Virus record (IMG/VR): IMGVR_UViG_3300037222_000038
Coordinates: 4,897 to 68,896 of that record
Length of the DNA: 64,000 bases
Direction: 5' to 3' (one strand)
DNA from: a virus
In this document: piece by piece, positions 36,792 through 46,680 of the stretch
Position numbering within the stretch: the stretch's first letter is position 1
How the letters are laid out: every line of letters begins with the position of its first letter
Position numbers and translations under genes: made by a program
Notes under the pieces: model-generated
The model's input: the letters and a program-made list of their open reading frames with translations, nothing else
Databases searched by the model: none
What the model was told of the DNA's origin: nothing

Positions 36792-39215
36792 TTACGCGGC
36801 CTGAGTTTGAAACTGTTGTGTACCAAGCGGTGTCGGCACTGCGGGAATCTGTCCGTATCCGGTCGTTGCCGGACCCTGAAGCTGACCGAGTGTACCAGAC
36901 GGAGCGACGCTCCCCAAACTCGCCGGCAGGTTGTTGTACCCGTTCACGCCGTATCCGGTTCCAGCCTGTCCGACCGCTTGCATCAACTGGGCGAGAGTCT
37001 GGTAATTCGGTCCAGTCTGGTTGATCGAGTTCAGGAATCCCAACTGACTGAGACCCAACTGGTTTTGGGTGTTGTTCGCGTTCTGACCGAAGTTGAGCGC
37101 CTGCCCTTGCAGGTTCGCCAGTCCGGTAGCGCCTTGGTACTGCTGGTTCAACGCATTCTGACCCAGCGCCGTGTTGGCCGCGACCCCCTGTTGAGCCATG
37201 CCGGTGACGTTGTTCAAGCCTTGCTGTTGGGCCTGAAGCTGTGCCCCCGTGGTGGTAGTCAACGCATTATTCACCATCTGCTGCGTGTTGCCTTCGTTCG
37301 CCAGATTTGCCATCAGGGCGTTCTGATTGATGCCGCTGTCCACGGAATTGCCGATGGTCGTGTTGCCGAGGCCACGGTTCACCAGTCCCTGATTTGCATT
37401 GGCCGTCTGGGTCTGGGCGTTCTGTGCGATCTGCTGGGCTTGCTGTTGCCCGTACAGATTCAGGTTGTTCATCACGGCATTCGTGACGTTGCCATAGCCC
37501 TGATTGATGCCTTGCTGGCCTTGAGACAACTGACTGACAAGGTTCGCGTAGTCTTGGTTCTGCGTGGACCCCAAGTTGTTGAAACCGGAGTTCACGTTGC
37601 TCGCGGCGTCGGCGAAGTTGTTCTGCTGCGTGCCGAACAATCCTGAGAGTCCGCCAAGAACATTGGCCGACTGGCTTGAGAGGTTGTTGTAGCCCTGCGT
37701 GATGCTGTTGGCCAGATTCGTGTTGGCCGCGTTCGACTGGTTCTGTGCGTTTTGGAAGCTCTGTGCCGTGTTCGCCAAGAGAGCGGAAGCACCGGCGTTG
37801 TTCCCTGGAGCAGGAGCCATCAGTCCCGGCATCAGGCTTTGCGGACTGAGATTTCCGCCGGGAATCATGCCGCCGGAACCGCCAGAGACACCGCCGCCGC
37901 CGGCCATATTGCCGTAGCCATTTCCGGGGCTGTTGCCGTTTGCCAGACTGTTAAAGGCATCGGAGTTCGCGCCTGCGATACCGGCAGAACCAGCGTTGTT
38001 CTGGGCTTGCTTGGCGAGGTACTGCTGTTGTGCAATCTGATCCGGAGTGAGTGCCCCGCCTGGAGATTGGCCAGTGCCTGGCGTCTGTTGGCCAGTGCCT
38101 TTTGATCCCGTTCCACCACCTCCCGAGCCAGTTCCACTACCTCCCGAGCCAGTTCCACCACCTCCCGAGCCAGTTCCACCGCCGCCGGTGCCGCCTGCTC
38201 CATTCGGGCCAAGACCGGGATTCGGAGTTCCGTTCGGGGACGCGGATGCCCCGTTCGGTCCTACGCTTTGTCCGTTGAAGCCAATACCGCCACCAGCGTT
38301 GGGAGCAACGCCAGTATTCGGGCCATTCGGTCCCACACCTCCGGGATTAGCTGGACCTGTCGATGCCGTCGAACCTCCCGGCGGCTGCGCTTCCGGATTG
38401 GTTGTGGCACCGCTGCTTTGAGACGATCCCTGATCCGGTACAGCCGATGTCTGTTCTCCGGGGCTTCCTGCCGATGGGCCACTTACCGGAGGCGGCGCAG
38501 GTGGTATTCCCCCCGGAGGCCCAATTGAATTCGGGTCCGGTGCCGTGTTCGTAGATGGATCAACCGGGGCACCCGCTCCCGGTCCCGGAACTGGACCGCC
38601 ATTGACGCCGGGAGTGTTCGGAGGAGGTTCGACGTGTGGCTGCCCTGTGGCCGGGTCAATTGAGGTCACGGAACCGTCTGGGTTTACTGTAGGAGATCCC
38701 GGTTGCGGTCCCATACCCGGAGGTGGAGTACCGGGAGTTCCAGAAACAGGTGGCGGCGCTTGCGGAACGCTATTGTTGTCTCCCAATCCCGGAATTTGAG
38801 GGCCAGATGGTCCCGCGCCATTGTTATCGGGGAGTCCTGGAATTTGCGGACCCATGTTTGGTCCGCCAGCGAACGAACCGCCGCCGCCACCAGGCGCTGG
38901 TGGTGGTGATTGTGATACTGGCGGTGGTGCAGCCGGAACACTTCCGCCTTGTGGGGAGGCCCCCGCAGAACCGGTTCCCATGCCAGCGCCGGACAGTCCG
39001 GGAATGGCATCTCCGGGATTGGGAACAGTTGCACCCGGAGGCCCGAAGATGCTTCCCAGCGGGTTGTTATCGTAGGTCGATTGAGCAGGGGCCGCATTGG
39101 GATCAGGTGGCATCGGCTGTCCACTCGATGCCCCGCCAGCCGCCAGCCATGCCTTAAAAGCCGGGTCTGTTCGTGCCGGAGCCTGCGCCATACCGCCAAC
39201 TGTAATATCCGCCAT
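36792..39215 (-). CDS. G/P/Q/N-rich internal virion (ejection/pilot-like) protein
   Basis: GGGAG RBS; C-half Q/N helical with NRGLGNTT. Confidence 0.65.
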   Translation of the reverse strand: MADITVGGMAQAPARTDPAFKAWLAAGGASSGQPMPPDPNAAPAQSTYDNNPLGSIFGPPGATVPNPGDAIPGLSGAGMGTGSAGASPQGGSVPAAPPPVSQSPPPAPGGGGGSFAGGPNMGPQIPGLPDNNGAGPSGPQIPGLGDNNSVPQAPPPVSGTPGTPPPGMGPQPGSPTVNPDGSVTSIDPATGQPHVEPPPNTPGVNGGPVPGPGAGAPVDPSTNTAPDPNSIGPPGGIPPAPPPVSGPSAGSPGEQTSAVPDQGSSQSSGATTNPEAQPPGGSTASTGPANPGGVGPNGPNTGVAPNAGGGIGFNGQSVGPNGASASPNGTPNPGLGPNGAGGTGGGGTGSGGGGTGSGGSGTGSGGGGTGSKGTGQQTPGTGQSPGGALTPDQIAQQQYLAKQAQNNAGSAGIAGANSDAFNSLANGNSPGNGYGNMAGGGGVSGGSGGMIPGGNLSPQSLMPGLMAPAPGNNAGASALLANTAQSFQNAQNQSNAANTNLANSITQGYNNLSSQSANVLGGLSGLFGTQQNNFADAASNVNSGFNNLGSTQNQDYANLVSQLSQGQQGINQGYGNVTNAVMNNLNLYGQQQAQQIAQNAQTQTANANQGLVNRGLGNTTIGNSVDSGINQNALMANLANEGNTQQMVNNALTTTTGAQLQAQQQGLNNVTGMAQQGVAANTALGQNALNQQYQGATGLANLQGQALNFGQNANNTQNQLGLSQLGFLNSINQTGPNYQTLAQLMQAVGQAGTGYGVNGYNNLPASLGSVAPSGTLGQLQGPATTGYGQIPAVPTPLGTQQFQTQAA
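38110..38180 (-). repeat. 21-bp coding tandem repeat (GTGSGGG-like)
   Basis: gttccaccacctcccgagcca about 3 copies. Confidence 0.85.
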
Positions 39216-39225
39216 CTGATGCTCC

Positions 39226-39750
39226 CTACAGCAGTGTAACCTGTGCGACAATTCCCGTAACGGTTGATGTTCCCGCCACTGGATTGTACGCCAGAACGAT
39301 GTAATCGCCAGCCGTCAACGACACGACGCCCGACAATAATACTTGGCCGGTTGTCAGATTGGATATGTACGACGCTTCGAGCAGTTTCGTAGCCCCTACA
39401 TTCTTCAACGCACGCATGTACACAATCCCGCCACCCGGAGCCGCAACATACAACGAAGCCGTCACCAGATACAGCCCCGTGGCAGTCACTGTGATATGCG
39501 ACGACGAAGCCGTGAACCACCCATCCGTGTCGTAAGTAGCAGCTCCCCACGCAATCGGATTGTCGGTTGCGTCGGTCGTCGTACACGATCCATTGTACAC
39601 CGAACAGCCGTGTGCTGAACCTGCCAGAATGTCGCTTTTTGTGGGCGCATTCAGGTTCGATGCCAGTCTCTGAATAGTGCGAGTCGCCGCACGTCGAGTC
39701 GAGGCTCTGGCCGTGTGCCTTTCCATTGCCGGAATCGGACCTGTGCTCAT
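39226..39750 (-). CDS. C1q/TNF-like beta-sandwich tail protein
   Basis: YDTDGWF...ITVTATGLYLVTA...LTAGDYI. Confidence 0.65.
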   Translation of the reverse strand: MSTGPIPAMERHTARASTRRAATRTIQRLASNLNAPTKSDILAGSAHGCSVYNGSCTTTDATDNPIAWGAATYDTDGWFTASSSHITVTATGLYLVTASLYVAAPGGGIVYMRALKNVGATKLLEASYISNLTTGQVLLSGVVSLTAGDYIVLAYNPVAGTSTVTGIVAQVTLL

Positions 39751-41327
39751 ACCAGTCTCCCAGCGGCGCGACCAGTTCCTTCAAGCCATGCCCAAATCGC
39801 CTCGAATTGCCACGACTCATTGAGCACGGAATTCGAGAGCTTCAGGTACATATTTTGTGCCACTGCACCCGACCGAATCGCCGGTGAACGTCCCGGATAA
39901 ATCGTCCGTGCGAAACGTGGTTCAGCCGACAGAAACGCATCTTCTGCCGAGTTCCCGGAGTAGAGTTCCAGTGTCACCGGGTCGCTGTTCATGCCGAGCA
40001 CTGTTCTCAATTCACGCAACCGCAGTTTGCCGCCAGCTGATCCCAACGGACCAATCAACACGTAGCTGTTGATCGCCGTGCCGTCGTCGCTTTCAGCAGT
40101 GTAATCCAACTGGCGAATGATCCCGTCTTGGCCACCCAGCAACACAACGCGGTCGTTCGGATTGTCGCCGTCCATCAGATGCACAGACGAGGGGTTGTGG
40201 TTCAGATTGCTGAAACTGTCCTGCCAGAACGCCTGATTGCGAATGTCGTAGCACCAGTTGATCGTGGCCGCTCCGTTCGTAGGCGTAATGAACAGCATGA
40301 CCGACTGAAATCTGTCGTCCCAGACCATGCGAATCACGTTGTTGGCGAGGTTCACATTCAGCAGGTTTTCGTCAACACGCATGGACGAAATACGTACCGG
40401 AACAGCCGTTCCGCCTGCGCTGGGATTCACCGAATACAGACCCCCGCGAGAGCCGAAGAAGTAGATCGTGCCGTAGCAGTCTTTGCACCACGGCGTACCG
40501 AAAGCCATGCCGACGACATCGCTGATTCGGTCGATCTGTCCCCCGGCAGCGGGGTCGCCGGTCATTTGCCAGAGAGATGAATCACCTCCAATCAGCATGA
40601 GGTCGTCGGAATACGGGACCATCGACGTAACAATGTCGGGCACCAGACCCGCTTCGCAGTTGTTTCCAGCCACGGCTTGCTGGCTGTTGGCGCTTGTCAC
40701 CACATTCGGGTTGTAGTCGTAATCGAGGGGATCAAACTGCCGTGACATGAACCAGTTTTGCGGGTCGCCGATGAGTCCCGACCAGACTAATCGGCCTCGC
40801 CAAGTGCAGATCAATCGCGGGGCACGGCCCGATCCGTCAACCGGAAGTGTGCCCGCATCGGCCACCATTGCCGTCACGGTATTCGTGCTGGAATTCCAAT
40901 AGTTCCAGCCGACTCCATCCGAGAAGTACACGTTCCCGAAGATGATCGCCGATCCGATGTACGGCGTTGATGCGTTCAGGGCAGATGTTCCGTTGGTTGC
41001 GGTGACGTAGCCGCCTGCTCGCGTGAACTGGGCGACTGTCCCGTTCGAGACAGCAATTCCAGTCAGCGTGCGAACACCGGTTCCGGCACTGGCCGAGATC
41101 GACACATGGTCGATGCACTGCACGGGCGACGTGGTGGACGCGACTTGACCCACACAATACTTCGAGAGGCCGGAGCGTTGTGCGCCACGCAATTGATTGG
41201 TCGTGGGGTCATACCCGCGGACGTTCATTGCGGAAACACAGGTGCCCGCATCCTGATGGGTGTAGCCGCTGTGTACGGACATTCCGCCGATTGGAAACCC
41301 GATTTCCGTCATAGTCGTTTTTGCCAT
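39747..41327 (-). CDS. Tail nozzle/stabilisation protein (P22 gp10 or T7 gp12-like beta-propeller)
   Basis: FPIGG...MNV start; WRGRLV...WFMS...DP; size and position. Confidence 0.7.
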   Translation of the reverse strand: MAKTTMTEIGFPIGGMSVHSGYTHQDAGTCVSAMNVRGYDPTTNQLRGAQRSGLSKYCVGQVASTTSPVQCIDHVSISASAGTGVRTLTGIAVSNGTVAQFTRAGGYVTATNGTSALNASTPYIGSAIIFGNVYFSDGVGWNYWNSSTNTVTAMVADAGTLPVDGSGRAPRLICTWRGRLVWSGLIGDPQNWFMSRQFDPLDYDYNPNVVTSANSQQAVAGNNCEAGLVPDIVTSMVPYSDDLMLIGGDSSLWQMTGDPAAGGQIDRISDVVGMAFGTPWCKDCYGTIYFFGSRGGLYSVNPSAGGTAVPVRISSMRVDENLLNVNLANNVIRMVWDDRFQSVMLFITPTNGAATINWCYDIRNQAFWQDSFSNLNHNPSSVHLMDGDNPNDRVVLLGGQDGIIRQLDYTAESDDGTAINSYVLIGPLGSAGGKLRLRELRTVLGMNSDPVTLELYSGNSAEDAFLSAEPRFARTIYPGRSPAIRSGAVAQNMYLKLSNSVLNESWQFEAIWAWLEGTGRAAGRLV

Positions 41328-41338
41328 GACGATGACTC

Positions 41339-41797
41339 CTACAGGACCAAACGGATGCCCACGGTGGCCGTCGCCGTGTTCAGGTTCTTGGCCTTGATCT
41401 TCTGGATTTTGGAGAGCGTGCCGCCCCCGAAACCGGCCGTGTAATTGGCGTAGGATGCGTTGGAGGCAAGCGGCAGAGGCATGTTGGCCAAGAGTGCCAT
41501 CGTGGCGTACTTGATCCCATAGACGTTACCCTCGTCCGTGGTCAGTTCCAGCATGACCCACCCGTTGACCGCATCGCCAGTGTCGCTCAATATCTCCAGA
41601 TACGTGAAGTCTGAAGGACCGACAGCGGCATCCCAAAGAGTACCCGTAGCATTTTGGGCCAGCGATAACGTGTTGCAGTATTCCTGCGCAGTCGAACTCG
41701 CCGGAATGATGAGCGGCACATCAAGGCTACCAGACCCGATCGTGCTTCCATCATTCGCGGTGAATTCAAAGGCACTCCACTTTGCAATCGAGGGCAT
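41339..41797 (-). CDS. Virion structural protein
   Basis: Beta-rich, in structural operon. Confidence 0.65.
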   Translation of the reverse strand: MPSIAKWSAFEFTANDGSTIGSGSLDVPLIIPASSTAQEYCNTLSLAQNATGTLWDAAVGPSDFTYLEILSDTGDAVNGWVMLELTTDEGNVYGIKYATMALLANMPLPLASNASYANYTAGFGGGTLSKIQKIKAKNLNTATATVGIRLVL

Positions 41798-41806
41798 TGG
41801 TTCTCA

Positions 41807-42682
41807 TTAGGCAGCGGCGATTACCGTACAAATTCTCTGCATCGTAAGGGTCGTCGCGGTGTTGAATGTGACCTGATATTTGACCGAGAAAAGGTGCGTC
41901 ACGACGCCCGATCCAGTCAGTGTCACACCAGTTCCGGCTGTGATCGTCATGTCGTTCGAGCCCGCGAGATTCACGACTTCCAGCACGTAGGTCGATCCCA
42001 CTTGTGCATTGGGGAAGTCGTTAATCATCAACGTGGCTGTGCGCGTGGCGATTGATCCGGGGGTCGCGGCCGTGCTGACGTAGGTCGTGTATCCGCCGCC
42101 GCCCAACTGACCAGCCGTAAATGTCGTGGTCGTGGTTCCCGTGGACCACGCAGACTCCAGCATCCCGCAACCGAAAATCGCCCACGTTCCGGCGACAATG
42201 CAGCGAAACTCGAGAGTGCTTCCAGCGGCCACCAGCATGGAAACCGTCGTACCGAGACTCTGAATCACGTCGCTGGCACCCAATGGATACACATCCATGT
42301 GGTTCGCCCCGGCGTTCTGTACCTGCACGGAAGCCCCGGCCAGTGCTGCCGGAAGGGCACAGGAGTCGTGCAAGGCAGCGACCGTGATGACTTTGTTCAG
42401 ACCGCTTTTGAGGGCTGTGGCACCGGATTGACCGCCGCCCGACAAGGCAACCAACGCCCCTTGAATCGAGCCGTTGACGACACCGCCGTTGGCAATCAGT
42501 GCGCCAGTCAGTGTGGTTACTCCGGTCACTGCCAGCGTCGTATCGCATGTCACGGCACCGGCGAATTCAGCCGCCCCGTCGATCTTGATGGGCAGGTTCA
42601 ATTCCAAGACATTGGTCGTCTTCGGAACGACTTTGACATCGGCCAAGTTGGCAATCTGACGAGAAAGATTTTCAACGGACAT
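41807..42682 (-). CDS. Virion structural/fibre-like protein
   Basis: AAGGAG RBS; TLAVTGVTTLTGAL, LPAALAG, GTGVTL. Confidence 0.7.
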   Translation of the reverse strand: MSVENLSRQIANLADVKVVPKTTNVLELNLPIKIDGAAEFAGAVTCDTTLAVTGVTTLTGALIANGGVVNGSIQGALVALSGGGQSGATALKSGLNKVITVAALHDSCALPAALAGASVQVQNAGANHMDVYPLGASDVIQSLGTTVSMLVAAGSTLEFRCIVAGTWAIFGCGMLESAWSTGTTTTTFTAGQLGGGGYTTYVSTAATPGSIATRTATLMINDFPNAQVGSTYVLEVVNLAGSNDMTITAGTGVTLTGSGVVTHLFSVKYQVTFNTATTLTMQRICTVIAAA

Positions 42683-42693
42683 GGTTTTTCTCC

Positions 42694-43005
42694 TTACGTG
42701 CTTGCTCGCAGATATTCAATGACTGTGACGTTGGTCGAATTGGTGCCGTTAAAAGTGACTGTCATCCCCGCAATGTCGGCCGCTTCCAGAATCAGCAGCG
42801 GAGGCGCTGACTGGCCATTCGGTAACACGATCGGGGCGTGAGACGATGAAGCAGACGCGATGTACATGGAGCTGGTTGCCGCACTGGCCTGAATTTGAGC
42901 CGATCGCGTGAGCTTGCTGAACGTAAAGGCCACGTCGGAACCCGTCTGGGGAACCTGCGTTACCTGAATGCAGAGATTCGTTGAAAGATCGACCGTGTTG
43001 GCCAT
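42694..43005 (-). CDS. Small structural protein
   Basis: In structural operon. Confidence 0.65.
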   Translation of the reverse strand: MANTVDLSTNLCIQVTQVPQTGSDVAFTFSKLTRSAQIQASAATSSMYIASASSSHAPIVLPNGQSAPPLLILEAADIAGMTVTFNGTNSTNVTVIEYLRAST

Positions 43006-43008
43006 TGC

Positions 43009-43818
43009 TTACCCGCTGTAGACGTTTCCGCCGTAGGTGATTGATCCGAAATTATCGAAGTATCCAGCACCGTCCGGACGCATCAAAGCACTGGCTTCTC
43101 CCATCCGTCCGTCCCCGCAATACCCCAGCGATTCCGGGGCGTGCATCTGGTTGTCGAGCACAATCGAGGTCCACAAACACGCCTTGAACTCGGCTGCGTG
43201 CGTCCCCGGCTGTCCTTCGATCTGGATTTCCGCTTGTGCCAGACACGATTCGAGGATTGTCTGGGAATGTTCGTTTCCGCCGTAAAAATACTCCTGCGTC
43301 CCGTTGGGGCCAAGAGGATGAATCCGCATGGTTCCCGCCAAGCTGTAGACTGCACTGGGGGCTGGCCAGAGCATGATCTTCCAGCGTGTGCTTTGCGTTC
43401 CGCCTTGCGAGACTGCCCGTTCGGCATACATCACCGGCCAGTTTGTCAGTGTGACTTGCATCTGCCGTTGCCAGAGGATTTTGGCAGCCGTCACTTTGGC
43501 AACCGACACCTTGATCTGATCTGGCGGATTGTGGTACAGCGGCCCGATGGCACCCCCGAAGTTGAACGGCATCACGTAGTCCTGAGTCCCGACTTCCGTG
43601 ATGAAACTGAAGTCCGAAATCAGGAACGACCAGTCATGTCGCAATTCGGCATCGACCTGTGCCGGGTAGTAAAACCGACGCAAGCCGTTGTTGATGAGAG
43701 CCAGCAGGTTTTCGTTTTCGTCGGGGCTGAGCGACTGAAGATTGCGTGTTCCGTAGGTGAACTGCGCGACCTGCTTTTGAAGCTCGTCGTAAGTGAGTGC
43801 CAAGGCTGTTTCAGGCAT
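43009..43818 (-). CDS. Head-tail adaptor / tail tubular protein A-like
   Basis: INNGLRRF...HDWSFL...GTQDYVMP...LWPAP. Confidence 0.7.
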   Translation of the reverse strand: MPETALALTYDELQKQVAQFTYGTRNLQSLSPDENENLLALINNGLRRFYYPAQVDAELRHDWSFLISDFSFITEVGTQDYVMPFNFGGAIGPLYHNPPDQIKVSVAKVTAAKILWQRQMQVTLTNWPVMYAERAVSQGGTQSTRWKIMLWPAPSAVYSLAGTMRIHPLGPNGTQEYFYGGNEHSQTILESCLAQAEIQIEGQPGTHAAEFKACLWTSIVLDNQMHAPESLGYCGDGRMGEASALMRPDGAGYFDNFGSITYGGNVYSG

Positions 43819-43829
43819 CGGGCTCCCTG

Positions 43830-44408
43830 TTATGCACGAGCCGCAGTCAGCTCGCCCTTAACCTTGCTCAAATCGACCAGCGGCGGACCCGCACTGAGAG
43901 GCCGCAACACTTCGGCCGCATTCACCTTCTGGGCACCCACGCGGGCATTCTTGTTCAGTTCCGAATCGAAGACCGCCGACTCATCCATTTCCAAGTGTTC
44001 GGACTTCACCACGAATACGTCGCCTTGGCAGTTGACGAGGTGCATTCCCAACGGAGCGGGATGCCAGTAGCGCCCCGAACGATTGAGGGTCTTGACGAGC
44101 ACCGTCGAACCGGGAATGTACGGCAGATTGGTCTGATGCCGCATCGTGGGCAACAGCGTGTGTGTCTGCACGATGATGTTGGCCAGAGACTCGAAACCCC
44201 ACGAATGATCGGTGAACTGTCTGGCGTATGCCTTGTGCAGCGCCAGCATGATCCACAACGCTTCCGGCAATTCCTCATCGTAATCGAGGCCGATCATGGT
44301 CCGCAGGTTGCGAATCACGTCGATGTCGATGACGAATTTCTTCCACAATTCCAGCTTGGGTTTTGCGGGAGGAGCTTCCGGTTCGGGAGTCTTTTCGGCT
44401 TCAGCCAT
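43830..44408 (-). CDS. Hypothetical protein
   Basis: Coupled in operon. Confidence 0.65.
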   Translation of the reverse strand: MAEAEKTPEPEAPPAKPKLELWKKFVIDIDVIRNLRTMIGLDYDEELPEALWIMLALHKAYARQFTDHSWGFESLANIIVQTHTLLPTMRHQTNLPYIPGSTVLVKTLNRSGRYWHPAPLGMHLVNCQGDVFVVKSEHLEMDESAVFDSELNKNARVGAQKVNAAEVLRPLSAGPPLVDLSKVKGELTAARA

Positions 44409-44665
44409 CAGTCGTAATCTTCCATTTCTTCGGTGCCACTGCCGGAGTTCTCTTCGTTGCCGGAGTTAAACGAGGACGCTTCGTCGGCAGCCCGTTGTGC
44501 CATGCTGATCGAATTGTCCTTCTCGCAGCCGGGCATCGTGTACCCGCCTGCGCCGGACCCTTCCTCTTCGCCGCCGATCGGACCTTTGCCGGCCGACGCC
44601 GCACGGGTTTCGATCTCGCGCTCTTCGTCGCGAATCGCGTTGCTGTCACCTGATTTCTTCGCCAT
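44408..44665 (-). CDS. Small acidic protein
   Basis: GGGGAG RBS. Confidence 0.65.
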   Translation of the reverse strand: MAKKSGDSNAIRDEEREIETRAASAGKGPIGGEEEGSGAGGYTMPGCEKDNSISMAQRAADEASSFNSGNEENSGSGTEEMEDYD

Positions 44666-44694
44666 GATCTATCTCCCCAAAAAGGGACCGTGAA

Positions 44695-45525
44695 TTACTG
44701 ATCGTCGATGGTTTGAGCGAACCGCCACCAGTCAACTTCCAGTTTGGTGGCAACCGATCCGCCGGCTTCCTTGGCAGCGAACATGGCAGCCATCTGCACT
44801 GCATTCGGGAAGTTCGCAGCCGTGACGGCCACTCCCAAAGTCCCGGCCGTGTTGGCCACTTCCTGTCCGTTGATGTAGAAGCGAACCTTGTTGCCTTGGG
44901 TGCTGCCGAAGTAGTGCCAGCCGAACTTGACCCACGTGTTCACAACGAGGGTCGTGGCACCGGCCACATACACCGTTTCGGTCGAGGCCGTGTTGTACAC
45001 GATATCCATTTTCGTGGGAGTCGCCGCCAGATTGGCCAGCCCCACGTAATCCGCCGACGCTCGCACAAACGACGTGCTGGTCAGGAACGCGCTGGCCATG
45101 TCGGACGGCCGGGTCAGACCAAGGAAGTATCCCGACGCATTCGTGATGTCCTGCACGCGGAATCGCGTCTCGAACCACATCTGATTGCGGGTATCTTTCT
45201 TGAACTGGGCGTGCGATCCCACCGCCGATCCGAAGCACAAATAGGATTCGTTCGCGGCCGACGTGCTGGTCGCCATTTGCATGACGCCGCCGTCATCCGT
45301 GGCCAGCAATGCCGCCGTGCCGTTGGTGCCGACGACCTTGTAGCCGGGAACCTGCGCATTGGCACCCGTGTTGTACTCAAACAGGAAGTCGTCGAAGAAC
45401 TGGCATCCGCTGGCAACCGCCGAGTCACCCGCGAAGATTTCCAGCCACGGGCAACTGTTCCAGATCGCGTCAGACGGATTCCGGCGCGTGTCCAATTGGT
45501 TGACGCCGATGTTTGATTTGGCCAT
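44695..45525 (-). CDS. Putative capsid decoration protein, lectin-like fold
   Basis: Directly after capsid gene; FFDDF, WFETRF, FYING, VDW. Confidence 0.6.
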   Translation of the reverse strand: MAKSNIGVNQLDTRRNPSDAIWNSCPWLEIFAGDSAVASGCQFFDDFLFEYNTGANAQVPGYKVVGTNGTAALLATDDGGVMQMATSTSAANESYLCFGSAVGSHAQFKKDTRNQMWFETRFRVQDITNASGYFLGLTRPSDMASAFLTSTSFVRASADYVGLANLAATPTKMDIVYNTASTETVYVAGATTLVVNTWVKFGWHYFGSTQGNKVRFYINGQEVANTAGTLGVAVTAANFPNAVQMAAMFAAKEAGGSVATKLEVDWWRFAQTIDDQ

Positions 45526-45562
45526 CGCTTATTCTCCTTGAGTCAGAATCCGCCAACCGAAA

Positions 45563-46648
45563 TTACTTGCTGAAGACTGCGTTGCGACGACGATCGACGC
45601 AGAGATAGTTGTACGACAGGTCGATGAAGATACGGAACACGTTGTGCTGCGTCGGAGCCCGCAAAACCGGACTCTCGCGCAGGTAGTCGCCGGCCAGACA
45701 GACCGGATAGAACGTGCTGTGGTCAATGAAGTACACGGGGTTCGTGGCCGCAGTGAAGACAGCCGTGTCGTCCATCTGCGGAATCCAGCGAATCGGATGA
45801 CGCCGGAACGTCAACGTGGCTTCGACGTACTTCACGTCGTCCGCGCCGCCGTAGGCACCGAGGTCGCGGCCGAGATTCTCGTTCTGCGATTCCCCGACCG
45901 TCTCAAAGGCCCGCAATGTGGCTTCGTCCGTGTAGCACTGGAGATCTCCGTACTCACCCTTGCGGTAGTCGGAGACGTTGACCGGACTGTGCCAGAAGAT
46001 CCGGCGATGCCCGGCCCGCATCGAGTTGATGAGGTCGGCCTTGCTGACGCTTGTGTACGTGCAGCAGTAATTCTGGAAGTTCGGGGCTTGCGTCAGGTTG
46101 ATGCCCGCCAGCGTCGAGTATCCCGAAGGATAACCACCGACGAATGCACCAGGCGCGGCAGCACCCGAAGCGGTATACACGATCCAGTACGGCAGACCGT
46201 AGGGCAGCGTCGTGTCCCCCACGGGAGCCAGCGTCCACGCCTTGTTTTCGAGTTCGGCCGCAATCGAGATCATGCAGTCGGTGCGCCGGGGCTGGATGAC
46301 GTTGAAGATCAACGCCTTGCCGCGGTTCACCAGAATTTCCTGATATGCAAAGGCCCAGGCGTTCTGCATGTGACGCCAGTTGATCGACAACTGCGCCATC
46401 AGGCTGGGAATGTCGGCCGTATCGGTCGTCATGACTCCCGTGTGCCGGGCCTGGTTCGACAGCGTAATCATCAGATTCCGCTGGATACCCAGACCTTCGT
46501 CGAACTGCACCTTGTTCTTGCGGAACCACCGTGAAATCACGGGATACTGCTGCAAGGGCTGTGCGATCTGCTGGAATCGGTTGCGACCGAGTTCCTTCAG
46601 GGTGCCCAACAGCAGGTCATTGATTTGTTCGAGGGCAAGTTCGGCCAT
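45563..46648 (-). CDS. Major capsid protein
   Basis: 361 aa after scaffold, AAGGAG RBS; ELENKAW...PYGL; C-terminal CVDRRRN. Confidence 0.8.
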   Translation of the reverse strand: MAELALEQINDLLLGTLKELGRNRFQQIAQPLQQYPVISRWFRKNKVQFDEGLGIQRNLMITLSNQARHTGVMTTDTADIPSLMAQLSINWRHMQNAWAFAYQEILVNRGKALIFNVIQPRRTDCMISIAAELENKAWTLAPVGDTTLPYGLPYWIVYTASGAAAPGAFVGGYPSGYSTLAGINLTQAPNFQNYCCTYTSVSKADLINSMRAGHRRIFWHSPVNVSDYRKGEYGDLQCYTDEATLRAFETVGESQNENLGRDLGAYGGADDVKYVEATLTFRRHPIRWIPQMDDTAVFTAATNPVYFIDHSTFYPVCLAGDYLRESPVLRAPTQHNVFRIFIDLSYNYLCVDRRRNAVFSK

Positions 46649-46680
46649 GACGAGTCTCCTTCTTGGAACCTATACGTGAG

